Program-made: the position numbers and the translations under genes
DNA from: Octopus bimaculoides
Lineage: Eukaryota
NCBI RefSeq assembly: GCF_001194135.2
Contig: NC_068981.1
Coordinates: 109,572,156-109,618,051 of the forward strand
Direction: 5' to 3'
Length of the DNA: 45,896 nt
Part shown: positions 23,243-35,998 of the stretch, piece by piece
How positions within the stretch are numbered: the first letter of the stretch is position 1
Layout: every line of letters starts with the position of its first letter
Notes under the pieces: model-generated
Told to the model about the DNA's origin: nothing
Seen by the model: the letters and a program-made list of their open reading frames with translations, nothing else
Databases searched by the model: none

Positions 23243-25668
23243 CAGTGGTTCCCAACCTTTTTCAGCCCAGGGACCATTTCTTACTTGAAAAGATTTTTAG
23301 GGACCACTTCTACTTCAACTTTATGCTGTTCTATTTTCACACTAAAATACTTAATGAAAAGACAAAATAGTCTATTTACACTTTAAAATTAATTTTAGCA
23401 AACAAAAGATAAATTTATAATTTATTTTAGTAAACAAAGATAAACACAAGATATCAAAATCATTTTTCATAAAGTCGTTCACTTTTAGTCCATTCAACTA
23501 GTGACAAGCTTGATATTGGTGTTTCTGACACAAGATATCATAATCAATTTTAATGAACTCATTTAGTCTTAGTCTGATAGTTTCTCTGCTGTTGACATCT
23601 AATTTATTTCTTTTTCTACTTAAAATATCTACAACAGCTGAAAATGCAGATTCCACCATCCATGTGGCAGGGAAAGAAATGATGCTTGCCTCTACATGTT
23701 GAAAAATATTTGGGTGTGATTCCTTTATCGATATGAAGGCAAAGACACCTTCTTTTTCAACTCTTCTCAGTTTTATATTCTCTTTCAAATCCAACAACAT
23801 TTCAGCCAACTCAAAATTTTCATCTCCTGGCTCATCATTTTCTAGGTCTACAAACCACAGAGGATAATCCATCTTTAATAAATCATTGTATCTTCTCTCA
23901 AAATCTACTTCAAGGTGGGCAATACATTCTGATGTAGGAAGAGTGGTGTTAAAATTTTGAAATCAAGCCAAATTTATTTTTCAAACTGTTTTTTCCAAAA
24001 TTTTAATTTCCCCATATATCCTTTTATGTTTTGAGGCAGGTGACCAAATCTGATTCTCTACCTTGCAGCTCTAAGTGAAGCAGATTCACTGTTTTAAAAA
24101 TATCACTCAAGTAGAATATTTTTGATTTAAACTCAGAAAGTGTTTCCAAAATTTTCTTAGTTATATCAGCTTGCTTCTTGGAGTTGTAATGAGTCATCTG
24201 ACTCTCGAACATGAGAAAGTTGATTAATAGTTCCCACAAATTCACTAGTCTTTTAAGGCTCAGGCCTTTTGACAACCATCTTACTTTTGTGTGAAGCAAT
24301 AGGGTTTTAAAATCTTTATCTTCACAGAATTGCATAAAAAATCTATTATTCACTGAGTTTGATTTGACAAAGTTAATTGCATGTATGACAGTGTTGAGTA
24401 CTTCTTCCCATGTGTCCTCCAATATTCTTAGCAACCAAATGCTGTCTGTGGATAATGCAATGTATATAAAAAATGTGAGGAGCAACCAATTTCACTCTAG
24501 AAACAAAGCCTTTCACTTTTCCAGTCATGGCTGCAGCTCCATCTGATGCAATGTTGATCAAATTAGTCAACGGAATATTTTTGTCATTAAAATACTGCAT
24601 TACTTCATTGAATATGTCTTCTCCATTAGTAGTTTCAGACAAGCTTTTAATCAATAACATTTCTTCCCTTATATCATCTTCATGAATGAATCTGACATAG
24701 ACAAGAAGGATAGCTTGGTTATGAATTCCACTATCATCAACTTGGAAAGAAAAATTTTTTCTTTTGGAGAATTTCCACAATCTTCTCCTCAGCAAAATTA
24801 GACATTTCATCCTGTCTTCTTGTAATTGTGTTATTTGAAAGTGGAATTGTACTCAGAGTAGGTGCAGCATCTTTTCCCAGAACCTCATTTGCACAAGCTA
24901 TCATAGCAGGCTTGACAAGTTTTTCACCATAAATCTGAGGTGTTGCAACCTTGGCAATAATTTCAGAGACCAAATAACTTGGTTTGAGTGTCTTTACTTT
25001 TACAGTATTTATCTTCTTTACAAAGTCAGGTAGTTTGACTGGCTGTATTTTCTTTTTATTCTCAAAATATTCCCTACCTTTACCAACAGATGATGGATGC
25101 CTTAATTTCTGGTGCTTTTCCAGCTTAACTTTCTTCATGTCATGATGGCATCACATTCAAGACACAGGTTTTGAGTCTACAGATACAAAACCAAACATGA
25201 TAAAATCTTCTTTGTAGTTCCTCAGTTATGCCTTTTTAGCAGTTGGTTCAGACATTATTACAACTGATCTTTAAAAAAAATAAAGATGATAAATACTTTA
25301 TTTTGATAAAATAATAATTTATTTCTATAAATTAAAAGTATCAAATTTATTATTAAACAATATTGTGTAGTGATCTATTAAAAATATCAAATTTATTATG
25401 AAACTGTTGTGATTGTAAAACTTAAATCATGTAATTCTTGATTGTAATATATTATTGATTATATATTATACATTATTGATTCTTATGGAATAATTATTGA
25501 ATTTTGTTTTCTTATTATTATTCTGTCTTCATATAAATTATTATTAACTAACAGTGTCTTTATTATAGAACAATATTGTGTAGATCTGAAATGGCTTCAA
25601 TTTTTTTCATGGCTACGAATTCTCTGGGGATCACCGGTGGCCCCCAGAGACCTTGTTGGGAATCACTG
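23243..25668 (-). mobile_element. Full-length hAT DNA transposon (Buster/Charlie type)
   Basis: TIRs cagtggttcccaac / gttgggaatcactg; exact 8-bp TSD ctttaaag at 23235-23242 and 25669-25676 with a central TA. Confidence 0.95.
23498..25255 (-). pseudogene. hAT transposase (ZBED5/SCAND3-like family), frameshifted
   Basis: Motifs FQVDDS, IASDGAAAMTG, HCIIHRQHL, LLHTKVRWLSKG, FPATWMVESAFS across at least four ORF pieces; ATG at 25255. Confidence 0.92.
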
Positions 25669-27149
25669 CTTTAAAGTATAACTGCATAATAGAGATAAAA
25701 TATTTTTTCAATAGAAACTTTCATGAACAAAGTTTGGGTGTAAACCCCACTCACCTGTAACTAATGAACTTTGTGATTCTATTTATGAAGGTATCGAATA
25801 ATTTGCACATAAAATTACAATTACTAGTGGTTATAATATGCTCTTCAATTCATTTAAACCTCATGGGAATGGCTATACAGAAGCTTCCCTTTTAGCATGC
25901 ATAAATTATACTTAACCAACAGCAAATATACATCCACTATGTGGATTGAGTGTAATGTATCCAACATGCTGGTGTTTATATCTAAAGGGAAAATAGAATG
26001 GAAAGACTCTGATCATGGAAGACAGTCAGAACCCATTTTCTGGTTTGCTTTGACTGTGACATATTTTTAGACCAACAAACCTAAGACATTGGAACATTTA
26101 GGTGAGTAGTCTATATTGATGCAGCAAGATTAGAACAAGGAGGCATATACTCTCAAATTGCTCAGGACTACAGTATATATATATAAGGTGGCATAATCAA
26201 ATGCTTAAAGCCCTGGTTGATGTAATGGAGGAGAGGGTAAACAGAATTAGTAATGGTGAAAAAAATAGACAAGAAAGACAGGAAAGATAAGGTTTTGTAG
26301 GGAAGATGAAAAGTGTAGGCCATTCTCTAAGAGAAAAGAACAATCAAAAGTAGAAGGGGCTTTGGGATCTTAACAGGAATATCGCTTCCTCTTTTGCCAA
26401 AAAAACAATTAAGTTAATTATATTGTGCAAGGAAAGAAAAGTGGTCAAAATGGCTGAGCTGACAATCTTCTGGCAGGCCAAACATTGGGGAAGGCAGATG
26501 ATACATGTTGCTGGTTGAACTCTGTAAAAGATAATGGCTGGGAGGTAACAAATCTCATGGAGATAGGCATCAGAAAAGGTTTACTGGAACCAGGTTTTAC
26601 TCACTGCTTAGTAGCCTTGGACTAACTGCAAAGAAAGAAAACATCTTAAAAGGAACTGTCAGAATCTGTAGGAAAAGTGAGTCATGACATCTGGTTCAAA
26701 AGAGATGATAACTGAACTTGTCTAATAGAAAGAGGAACATGGTCAAGTGTTAAGTGTGACAGTGATGTCTACCCCAGTCATAACATCTGCTTTAGTGTTT
26801 TGTTGCCTACATCATCGGGAGGCTCTGGTGTTATAATGTTTGAAATACGCAGAGTTACTTTGTCACCAGATGAGACATTGACTTCTGCATTCAGAAGTGG
26901 GTTGTTGCAGCATCTTCAGTACATAAATGTTTACCCCAATCATACATCAACTAAGCCACTTGTACCGGAAACTCTTAGCCTGATGTTGCAATTATTATCC
27001 CAAATAAATTTGTTATTCTGATGCTATGAAGCTACAGGCATCAAGTGTTGTGAATAAATAAAAATATGACTGTATGTTTGGGAAGAACAATTTATTTTTA
27101 GGTTTAATTTACACAAACCCCATAAAACACATCTAGTACACTCAGTAAA

Positions 27150-27270
27150 GTGTTTGGTGTTAGGAAGGACATCCAGCCATAGAGACCATGCCAAAGCAGA
27201 CAATGGGACTTGGTGTAACTCCCTGGCTTGCCAGGCTCTTGTCAAACCATCCAACCCATGCCAGCAAGGG
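27150..27270 (+). mobile_element. Short RTE 3'-tail fragment
   Basis: ggtgttaggaaggacatccagc...gtcaaaccatccaacccatgccagc matches the tail at 2150-2260. Confidence 0.75.
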
Positions 27271-27671
27271 TTAGATGGTTTGACAGGAGATAGGCATGAT
27301 GAGCATTAAATGATAATGATGATGATGATGATGAATGGTTTATTTGTTTGGCAACTTCAACTGTAGCCTATTAGATTACGTCTTTTGATATTTACTGCCA
27401 CTGGCAGGGGTACAAAAAGATTTGCATCAAGAAAGAGAGTAGCTCATCTTTAACATTCAATATAAGCAGTAGAAGACTATCTCTTCTGGAATAGTAGTTA
27501 GTAACTTCCTTGTGAATAAAACTATGCCAAGATGTCATGTTACAGTAGAAAACATCACAGCTCTACGAAAATTTTGCAATGGCACAACGTTTTTATAAAT
27601 GCAATATAAATTGCAATCCAAAAGATTCATTTTGAATGCTAGCAGAATGACTACTCTGCATGTGTTGCTAG

Positions 27672-27716
27672 TACTGAGCAAGTGAATACTATCAAATAGT
27701 ATTCACTTGCTCAGTA
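27672..27716. repeat. Perfect inverted repeat, 21-bp arms, 3-nt loop
   Basis: tactgagcaagtgaatactat-caa-atagtattcacttgctcagta. Confidence 0.95.
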
Positions 27717-27824
27717 AATAAACTGGGGATAATATCAATCACTCAAAAACAGAGTTAAAATTTATGAAGAAATCAGATATTATGCTGACTTAACTTAGCC
27801 ATGTAAAAGTCCTCAGTTCATTCT

Positions 27825-28178
27825 TTTACATGTTTTAGTCATTTGACTGCAGCCATGCTGAAGCACCACCTTAAAGGGTTTTAGTCAAAAAAATCGACCC
27901 TAAGACTTATTCTTTGTAAGCCTAGTACTTATTCTATCAGTCTCTTTGCCAAGTCACTAAGTTATGAGAACATAAACACACCAGCGTTGGTTGTTAAGTG
28001 GTGGTGGTGGGACAAAAGACACACACACAAATATATACATACACGATAGGCTTCTTTCAGCTTCCATCAACCAAATCCCCTCACAAAGCTTTGGTAGAAG
28101 ACACTTGCCTAAGGTGTCATTGAACCCGGAACCATGTGGTTGGGAAGCAAGCTTCTTACCACAGCCACAACTGTGCCT
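27825..28178 (-). mobile_element. tRNA/CORE-like SINE copy
   Basis: Aligns by eye to 4245-4625. Confidence 0.85.
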
Positions 28179-28218
28179 GTTGTGTGTGTGTGTATATATA
28201 TATATAGGTGAGAAAGTT

Positions 28219-28255
<37 letters not shown>

Positions 28256-30654
28256 NNNNNNNNNNNNNNNNNNNNNNNNNNNNNNNNNNNNNNNNNNNNN
28301 NNNNNNNNNNNNNNNNNNNNNNNNNNNNAGGCACAGTCGTGGCTGTGGTAAGAAGCTTGCTTCCCAACCATATATATATATATCTATATATATATATATA
28401 TATATATCAGAAGATTTTATACCTTTGCATGACTAAACTGGATTGCACACTTTGTATGTACAGAAAGAAACTATTGAGAAAAACTTACTGTAGGTTTGAA
28501 CTTGTAATTGTATGACTTATTTCCTCTGTACTTATATCTATATATTCAATATATCTATCAATATATATATGTTTGTACATCTTACTATTAATAATCTACA
28601 TAAACACACAATTATGGATGTACAGAGATAGGAAATGATTTTTTAAAATTCTTGTTCATGAAATGAACTTCAATAACACAAACAGTGGAGATCTTAGTAA
28701 AGGAATTAACTATCAGAAATATATAACATTTCACATTATAGTCCTTATCACATACTGTAACAGTCTCTGATTTAGGTGATTTATTTAAAACATTGTGCAC
28801 AACAATCAAATACTTTAGTTGAAAGAAAATGTAACAGGTTTATATTTGGTAGTATTGATGTAAGTAAATTAGAACCACTTTTCTTATTCAGTTTTCTGTT
28901 TCCTCAACAATACCCAACAAATCTGAAAGGATACTAGAATCAACATATTTTGGCTATTGCTGAAAGAAACTTATAATTTGGAGAAATGTTTTTACCGATA
29001 TGTTTGTAAAATAGCACTGCAAATATCTGGGCAATGTTTATATTTCCAGAAGTATAAACAGAGATTAAAAAAAACACTATCTCACAGTGTAAGATGACAA
29101 TGTTGCAGTGAATAAAGATGTTTTCTGATTGAATGGTGTAATTAAAATCTTCAACAATAAAAGATATTTGAAAACTATATTTTGATAAAAATATTTTAAA
29201 TTAGAATTTTTATGAATTTTCTAGACAGTGTGGACTTTAATAATAATTGCGTTCTTTTAGTAAAAGGGAAATACTCCAAACTAGTTAATAAGCAACTTTA
29301 TTATAGTATAGTTTATTGCCCATATATGCTGCATTGTATATGAAGCTTTCATGGGCTTTGTAATAGGAGCTTAAAATGTTTTTTCCCATTGTAACTCTGG
29401 CAAAATTGAAAGAGTCTTTATTGAACCATCAGCCAAAGCAATGACTCACGTAATCTGTATCAATGGCTAGCAGAAGTGCCCGGCGTTGCTTGGAGCTGAA
29501 TTGCTTTAAAGTACTGTTAATGATTCTACTCAATTATGATTATTGAGGCAAAGATTGATATAAGTTAACGCCCAACCAATCGATTTGCAACTGAAAAGAA
29601 AGCCCTGCAAAGAGCATTGCAACACTCTAAGAAGAGGTAACAATAGAATGTGAGGTGGCCCTGAAAAGGCTGTGTTATCGTTCTCACAATTGTAACAATT
29701 TGATAGGTAGTCCTGGAAGGGTGTGTAAAATGTTCACAGGTGAATAGGGCGTGTTCCTTTTCCACCAAAGGCAGTGGACGTGCTGTTACAAAACTTCATG
29801 CAAGTTTGAAAATATAGCAATAGCATCTACTCACCATATGTCAGACCAGCAAGAGTGTAGTGGTGCTGAATAGATGAATCACAACACCTCTGTCATGGAG
29901 ATGTTGTGTAAAATGACCTGTTACTTTTGAATATTTTGTATTTGATGTAAAATGTAATGATGTAAAATATAATGGTGAGAGAGAGGATGTATATATTTAG
30001 TTTTATCGACTTTTTAAGTCTTGTTATTTGATGTAAATTGTAATGGCGTGTAAGAGATAGTTACTTCATGTAATTATTTTTATCCATTTGTTTCATTGAT
30101 CGTCGTTATGATTACATTTGTTGTTGTATAAAATGATATGTTGTTTGGTTTTCAAATTGTATGTTGCAATCCTGTTGCCGCTGATGTAAACTGTAATGTT
30201 TAGAGAGGAGATGGAAGCTGGGGGGATGTTTCATGTATGTCGGATGTAGAAGATGAGGCTGCTGTGCTGATGACGGGAGGGAAATAGAGCTGAGCGGAGG
30301 CCGGGTGTTGGTGAAGTGCGAAGTAATTGCAGGGAACCGCCTAAAAATGTAAATGTCATAAAAGCATTCTTGACCGTTTTAGAATCGTACGGAAGTGAAA
30401 CAGTAACGTGTCCATGGTCCTCTGAAGCCCGCTGAATGGGGGTTGGTGAGGAAGAACAGCTGATTTTTGAGCAGGGTCTGATTTATAATGAAGCTTTGTA
30501 ACGCCGCAAGAATCAGCCTTTTTACCGCTGATGGTTGGGAGTGTCAAGTGCACTGCAATGAATATTAACCTACACCTACTTAGAAATTACTGACGAAAAG
30601 TCAAAAATTTTTTTTAAATTTGAAAAAGTTATAAAATTAGGAAGCGTAGTAATC

Positions 30655-33345
30655 CTATAAAACTTCCTTATACACATTGTTTTTTGTTTTTCGTTGTGGA
30701 ACGAACACGAAGCCCACATGTGAGCAGCCAATGTAAAGCTGACCATGAGAGAAACACAGCTCCCCACAAATGTATTCCCACGACAGACAGCATTTGCCCC
30801 TGTGCTTTGTTAATTGACATTGCGAAGCATGGCCTGACTGGGAACTCTGAAAAGTGAAAGGTAGGTCTGCTCCTGATGGGAAAAGATGCATCCTCAGTAT
30901 GAGCACGTTGCCTCGACCGCACCCTGTGATTATTGTGGCCTCAATTAGATTGAGAGATAAGGACTTAACGATCAAATGTGTCCCATTGCATTGTTTCGGC
31001 GGGACCAAATTTCGAATGAGCATTATAGGGGCACCAACTTTAAGTTTCAGAATGTGTGGGGGTAGTCCAGGGGGCTGAAAGGAATTTAGTACCTCTATTG
31101 GATAGTTGATGACGTCCTCGGGGTCAGGAGTTCTATCGATAGACTTATATATATATAGCAATCCCCAGGAATGAGTTTTAGCATTTGATCATTAATATGG
31201 TTAACAGTTTTATTCTTTGGGGCCAGAATAGCCCTTTGGCCAATCCAACCCATATTCTGATAATTTGCTTGGAGATCTGGGAACACTGCATCCATGAGAT
31301 CAGAAGGCGTATTAACAATGGTACAAAGTGAATCGATGGCAACATTACTCTTTTCGTCGCAGGGACTTTTGCCTTTGCCAAGTGCAAGGAGGGTGTGAGA
31401 AAATTCTGCTGATGCTATGTCACCTCGCATATGAGCATGCATATTAGTGTTAAGTTTGAGAGTCTTCACCAGGGGCCACAATGTGGATGACTTAAGACAT
31501 GCATGTACTGTATCAGCTCTATCCCCTTGGGAATAACTGGCAGTGTTTGCCTGAAGTCCCCTGAAAGAAGAAGTGTTATGCCTCCCATGGGAGCCGTAGA
31601 GTCTTTGATGTCTCTCAGAGATCTATCTAGTGCCTCAAGAGCACCTCTATGGGCCATTGTGCATTCATCCCAAATGATAAGCTTGCATTGTTTGAACACT
31701 TCTGCCTAATCGGAGCTGTTACTGATATTGCAAATTGGTGTCTCAGTCTTCGCTAAGTCAAGCGGGAGCTTGAAAGTGGAGTGAGCTGTCCTGCTGCCTG
31801 GCAACAAAGTAGCCACAATTCCAGATGATGCCACAGCTCAGGCAATGCCTTGTGTTCACCTAATCTCAGCCAATATTAATTTTGTGACAAAAGTTTTGCC
31901 AGTTCCCGCAGGAGCGTCAAGGAAGAAAATCCCCCCCAGCTTTGTCCCGGACAGAATTAATAACAGAGTTGTAAGTGAACTTCTGATCTGGAAGGAGCTT
32001 TGGCTCATTCTCTGCTATGTACTGGGCAAGCTTGTCAACATTATAACATGTCTCATGCAGCAAATCCGAAGACAGTGTGTTTGCACTTTCCCGGTTTGTT
32101 GAAGGTAGGCCATACACTGCCAACGCACTCCTGCCCATATTGAGAACAGTACCTTTGATTTCAAGCAGCGCCCTGTTGTAAATGAGGTCACTGTACCTGA
32201 CCTCCACTGATGGATTTAGCAACTGAGCCCGACGCAGGAAATCTTCAGAAATGTAATCTTTGTAGGTAAGCCATAAAGAGGCGGGATCACCCAAGTCGCA
32301 CCATAGGAGTAGAATAGTGAAAAGCGATCTTAGTCTTTTAGGGGATTTTAACAAAACACCCTCCGCCATAGTGGCGCCCCATTGTGAATCATCCTCCAAA
32401 AGTCCACACCTGAAGCAGGCTTCCCGGAAAGTGTCACATAATTCACCGTCAACAGTTCTTATGTCTCGAAAGCTTTGTGGGCCGAAAACATCATGGAGGA
32501 GAAAAGCAGGTGAAAACACTCATGCTGGTTGGGAGGTACAGTGTACACTCTTCCTAGACAACTGTTACACTTGACACCGGGATGTCCTTGAACATCCTGA
32601 CCTGACTTCCTATGCACCCAAGTGTTCTTTGACTACACATAGTAGGACGGAACCTGAGGGTATAAAAGTGTTTTGACAAATGTGTCAAGTTGGCAAAGCG
32701 TAAAAAACCCAGTTAAAGTTGTTTCTTTTGGATTGGCCGCCAATTGAGCAGCAGTCTATTCAGTAAAGTAAGCCCGCTGGCCGTTTTCCAAATAAACTGC
32801 TAGTTGTATGATGGTGGGGTTCCTTTGGTGAAGCGGAAACCCGAATATCCGCCAAAAAGCTTCACCACTGCTGAAATATCGACCTGCCAAGTACTGTGAC
32901 ACCTCATCCATGCTATTGTCCCTTTGAAGGCCAAACATGACAGCGTCAGATCCCTTGTTAACATATTTACATATGTACTTTATTAATTTTACTGAATGAC
33001 AGAACTCCACATTTATATGAACGTTGAACATTTTCATCAGTAATGGACAGTATGGGACCACCCATCTATTATCAACTTGATGTCCCCGTAATGTCATAGT
33101 GAATCCTCCATTCTCAGGCCGCCTTCGTCTGTAGAGTGGATATCCGTCGCCGCTGGTCTGGGTCTCCTCCACGAACCTCTTTGGGTATCGTTTAGTGCAT
33201 ACACGGTCTTTGTGGCATGAGGAGAACTGTTGAAAAACAGGACTGCATGGACCATGCACCATGTGTGCCTTCACAATGTCGTACAGCTGCCGGTCAACAG
33301 TGGGGTTTGGGATTTCTGCTGTGATGTCATCTAGAACTGTAGGGT
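30655..33345 (-). pseudogene. Helitron RepHel (Rep motif 3 plus PIF1-like helicase), frameshifted
   Basis: MVHGPC, GYPLYRRR, DNRWVVPY, KYICKYVNKG (YxxKYxxK); helicase [38 protein letters not shown]...CNGT, FAMSINKAQG. Confidence 0.95.
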
Positions 33346-33391
33346 CTATTAAGTGTGTATTCTGTGTGTGTATGTATATATATATATATGT

Positions 33392-33458
<67 letters not shown>

Positions 33459-33859
33459 NNNNNNNNNNNNNNNNNNNNNNNNTATATATGGTAGTAAGTA
33501 AACGTGTTTTAAAAAAGATTTTCAAGAAACTCAGTTTGTAGGGAATAAATGTTTGACTGTCAATCGTATTTGGAAAAGACTGACAGGTATTTGTATGTAT
33601 GTGTTTATTTGTATGTATGTAAGTATTCTTACGAATATATGTATGAGTGTGTATTGTCTGTGTATATATACTGTAGTAAGTAAATGTGTGAAAAAAGATT
33701 TTCAAAAAACTCAGTTTGTAGGGAATAAAAGTTTGTCAATCGCATTAGAAAAAGATGTGTCACTATTTTTTTTTTTTTTTGCTATCTTGATGGTGTTAGA
33801 AATGGGAAGTGAACTTACAATTCACACCAATTAGAATGAGGTCATAATTACCAATACAT

Positions 33860-33921
33860 ACAGACACAATTACCAATACATATGTAACTATAGTTACATA
33901 TGTATTGGTAATTGTGTCTGT
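33860..33921. repeat. Perfect 62-bp palindrome (no loop)
   Basis: acagacacaattaccaatacatatgtaacta|tagttacatatgtattggtaattgtgtctgt. Confidence 0.95.
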
Positions 33922-34739
33922 TTATTTGACTCTCAGTCTTTCTCCTTCCTTCCTTTCTGTCTTTTTTCTTGGATCGTTTGTAAACGTTCATAAGAGAAAG
34001 TAGCAGTTGAAACGATTTGTAATGGTAACAGAAATAGGGAATTAGATTGTATGAGCGGGGAAAATAGGTATGTACGTAGCTTTATCGATTTATTTCGAAA
34101 TTGGTAGTTATTTTGACCGAAGGAATGACCATATGACTTACGTTTTGGTATTTAGAATATTAATTCCGATTTTTTCATCCACAAAATTTGGAATTGTGTA
34201 AATGTATAAATTTTAAACATGCATACACACAGAGAAAATCTGCCTTTTATAGATAACATTCAAGAATTCTTAAATGACTTCTGTATGTGTAAAATCCAAA
34301 TATCTGCCAATTTGTTGGAAATGCCCTATTTTGCCTTTTATGCCAGCTCTGGAATTACCTTCCTGTTTCCAGGTGAACTGTAGTATAGTAAAATTAACGA
34401 GAAAAGTTTTATAATATAAAATACAAAAACAAATTAAAGATAGGCATGAGTTTAAAACTAATGCAGGGAGGTGACTCTTTACATATTAAGGGAGATGACT
34501 CATAAAGAAAACCTAAGCAAGCCATTTTTAGTTGACGGTGTATGTCCGTGCGAGCGAACAAAACACGAGCGCGCATGCACGTACGTGTGAACATAATATG
34601 AATGTGGATGCTTTCTGTAACTTGTGTTTAGGAGACTGATTTCTCTCACCAGAATCTGACAATTTGAAGGTTATTGAGTGGCTGTCATTCTGATTCTTCT
34701 TTCAATATTTAACTCCTAGTAGGGATATGTTTTATCTTC

Positions 34740-34870
34740 TATATTTTTCAGTCATTAAACTGCGGTCATGCTGGGGCACCACCATGAAGAATTTGTAGTT
34801 GAATGTATCAACCCCAGTGCTTATGCTTTGTTAAGCCTGCTATTTATTCTATAAGTTTCTTTTGCTGAGT
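34740..34870 (-). mobile_element. Degenerate SINE 3' fragment
   Basis: tttcagtcattaaactgcggtcatgctggggcaccacc... same family as 4250-4350. Confidence 0.65.
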
Positions 34871-35071
34871 GTTGTTTTAAATATGACCAATTTAAAAGAC
34901 AAGGACCTTTTCAATATGACTGAGTTAGCTGAATTAGATGAATAAGGACCACAGAATGGTAACAGATCTATGAATTACACTGCATTATTGCTGAGCTATA
35001 TAACAAACATATGCATATATTTTCACAGGCACATTTGCTTGATACTTACCTGATTTCCTTGAATATTAGTT

Positions 35072-35437
35072 TCATCATCATCATCATCATCATCATCGTT
35101 TAACGTCCGCTTTCCATGCTAGCATGGGTTGGACGATTTGACTGAGGACTGGTGAAACCGGATGGCAACACCAGGCTCCAGTCTGATTTGGCAGAGTTTC
35201 TACAGCTGGATGCCCTTCCTAACGCCAACCACTCAGAGAGTGTAGTGGGNNNNNNNNNNATCTACCTTCCTACTTATTAGGATTTTGGTTTTAGCTAGGT
35301 TGACTCTAAGGCCCTTCAATTCTAGACCTTGCTTCCACACCTGAAACTTCTCCTCTAGTTCTGATAGTGACTCCGCAATTAGGGCAAGGTCATCAGCAAG
35401 GTCATCAGCAAGGTCATCAGCAAGGTCATCAGCATAG
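35072..35437 (-). mobile_element. Young 5'-truncated RTE LINE (gap inside), possible 5-bp TSD agttt
   Basis: Tail nearly identical to 2911-3100; RT piece LYADD...LALIAESLSELEEKFQVWKQGLELKGLRVNLAKTK. agttt at 35067-35071 and 35438-35442. Confidence 0.88.
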
Positions 35438-35519
35438 AGTTTAAGAAACATAATAGAAGAAAGATACATAATCCTCATCACGTTACTTGTTTTTGTTTTT
35501 ATCATGTCTGCATAGGTTG

Positions 35520-35830
35520 AAGGTCTTCTCCAGCACAATGTTGCCTCCTATTGTAATCCTTTGTCATCTCCATCATGAAGTTCAGCTTTTGTGATCATTG
35601 CTTATCATTTCCTCCAGGTTTCTTCTGTGTGTATTGCTTGGCACTTATTCACACACATCACATGTCCACTCCAGTGCAGCTTTCTCTCTTGTACATTTAA
35701 TTCCTTTCATAGTTTTTCTCTCAGCTTATTTATTCATTCACACAAACATTACACCTACATTTCTTCCCAGCTTTCACACATTCACTGCCATGTCACATCA
35801 CACTTTATACACAACCATCATAGTGTCTAC
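35520..35830 (-). mobile_element. Old RTE 3' fragment
   Basis: Decayed ERKLHWSGHVM...TW.EMI.ND..KLN pattern. Confidence 0.55.
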
Positions 35831-35955
35831 CCTTCACTAGGAGATTTGCTTTGTTGCTGTAAGCACTGGTAATAATTCTCTGAAATTTGTCGAACAAGTT
35901 CTTATAACTAATGCATTCATAACTGCCTCCACTGTTAATTAGGTAATTTCCCCAA

Positions 35956-35998
35956 AACACCTGATGAAGGCTGGAGGATATATCAGCCGAAATGTGTT
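35956..35998 (+). ncRNA. Minimal hammerhead ribozyme motif lacking stem III
   Basis: aacac-CTGATGA-a-ggctg(gaggatatat)cagcc-GAAA-t-gtgtt: stems I and II are perfect, but the short CGT-type stem III/cleavage triplet is missing. Confidence 0.55.

Larger units (their letters stand above)
29467..34253 (-). mobile_element. Helitron (decayed, probably internally deleted)
   Basis: Minus strand starts A|TCTATAAAAGGCAGA at 34253 and ends with a degenerate hairpin (..caacgccgggc) plus CTAG at 29467; contains RepHel coding remnants. Confidence 0.75.

Noticed and set aside
35045-35071. Strong CAG|gtaagt donor on the minus strand next to the RTE insertion
   Set aside because: No credible coding exon can be rebuilt after removing the insertion.
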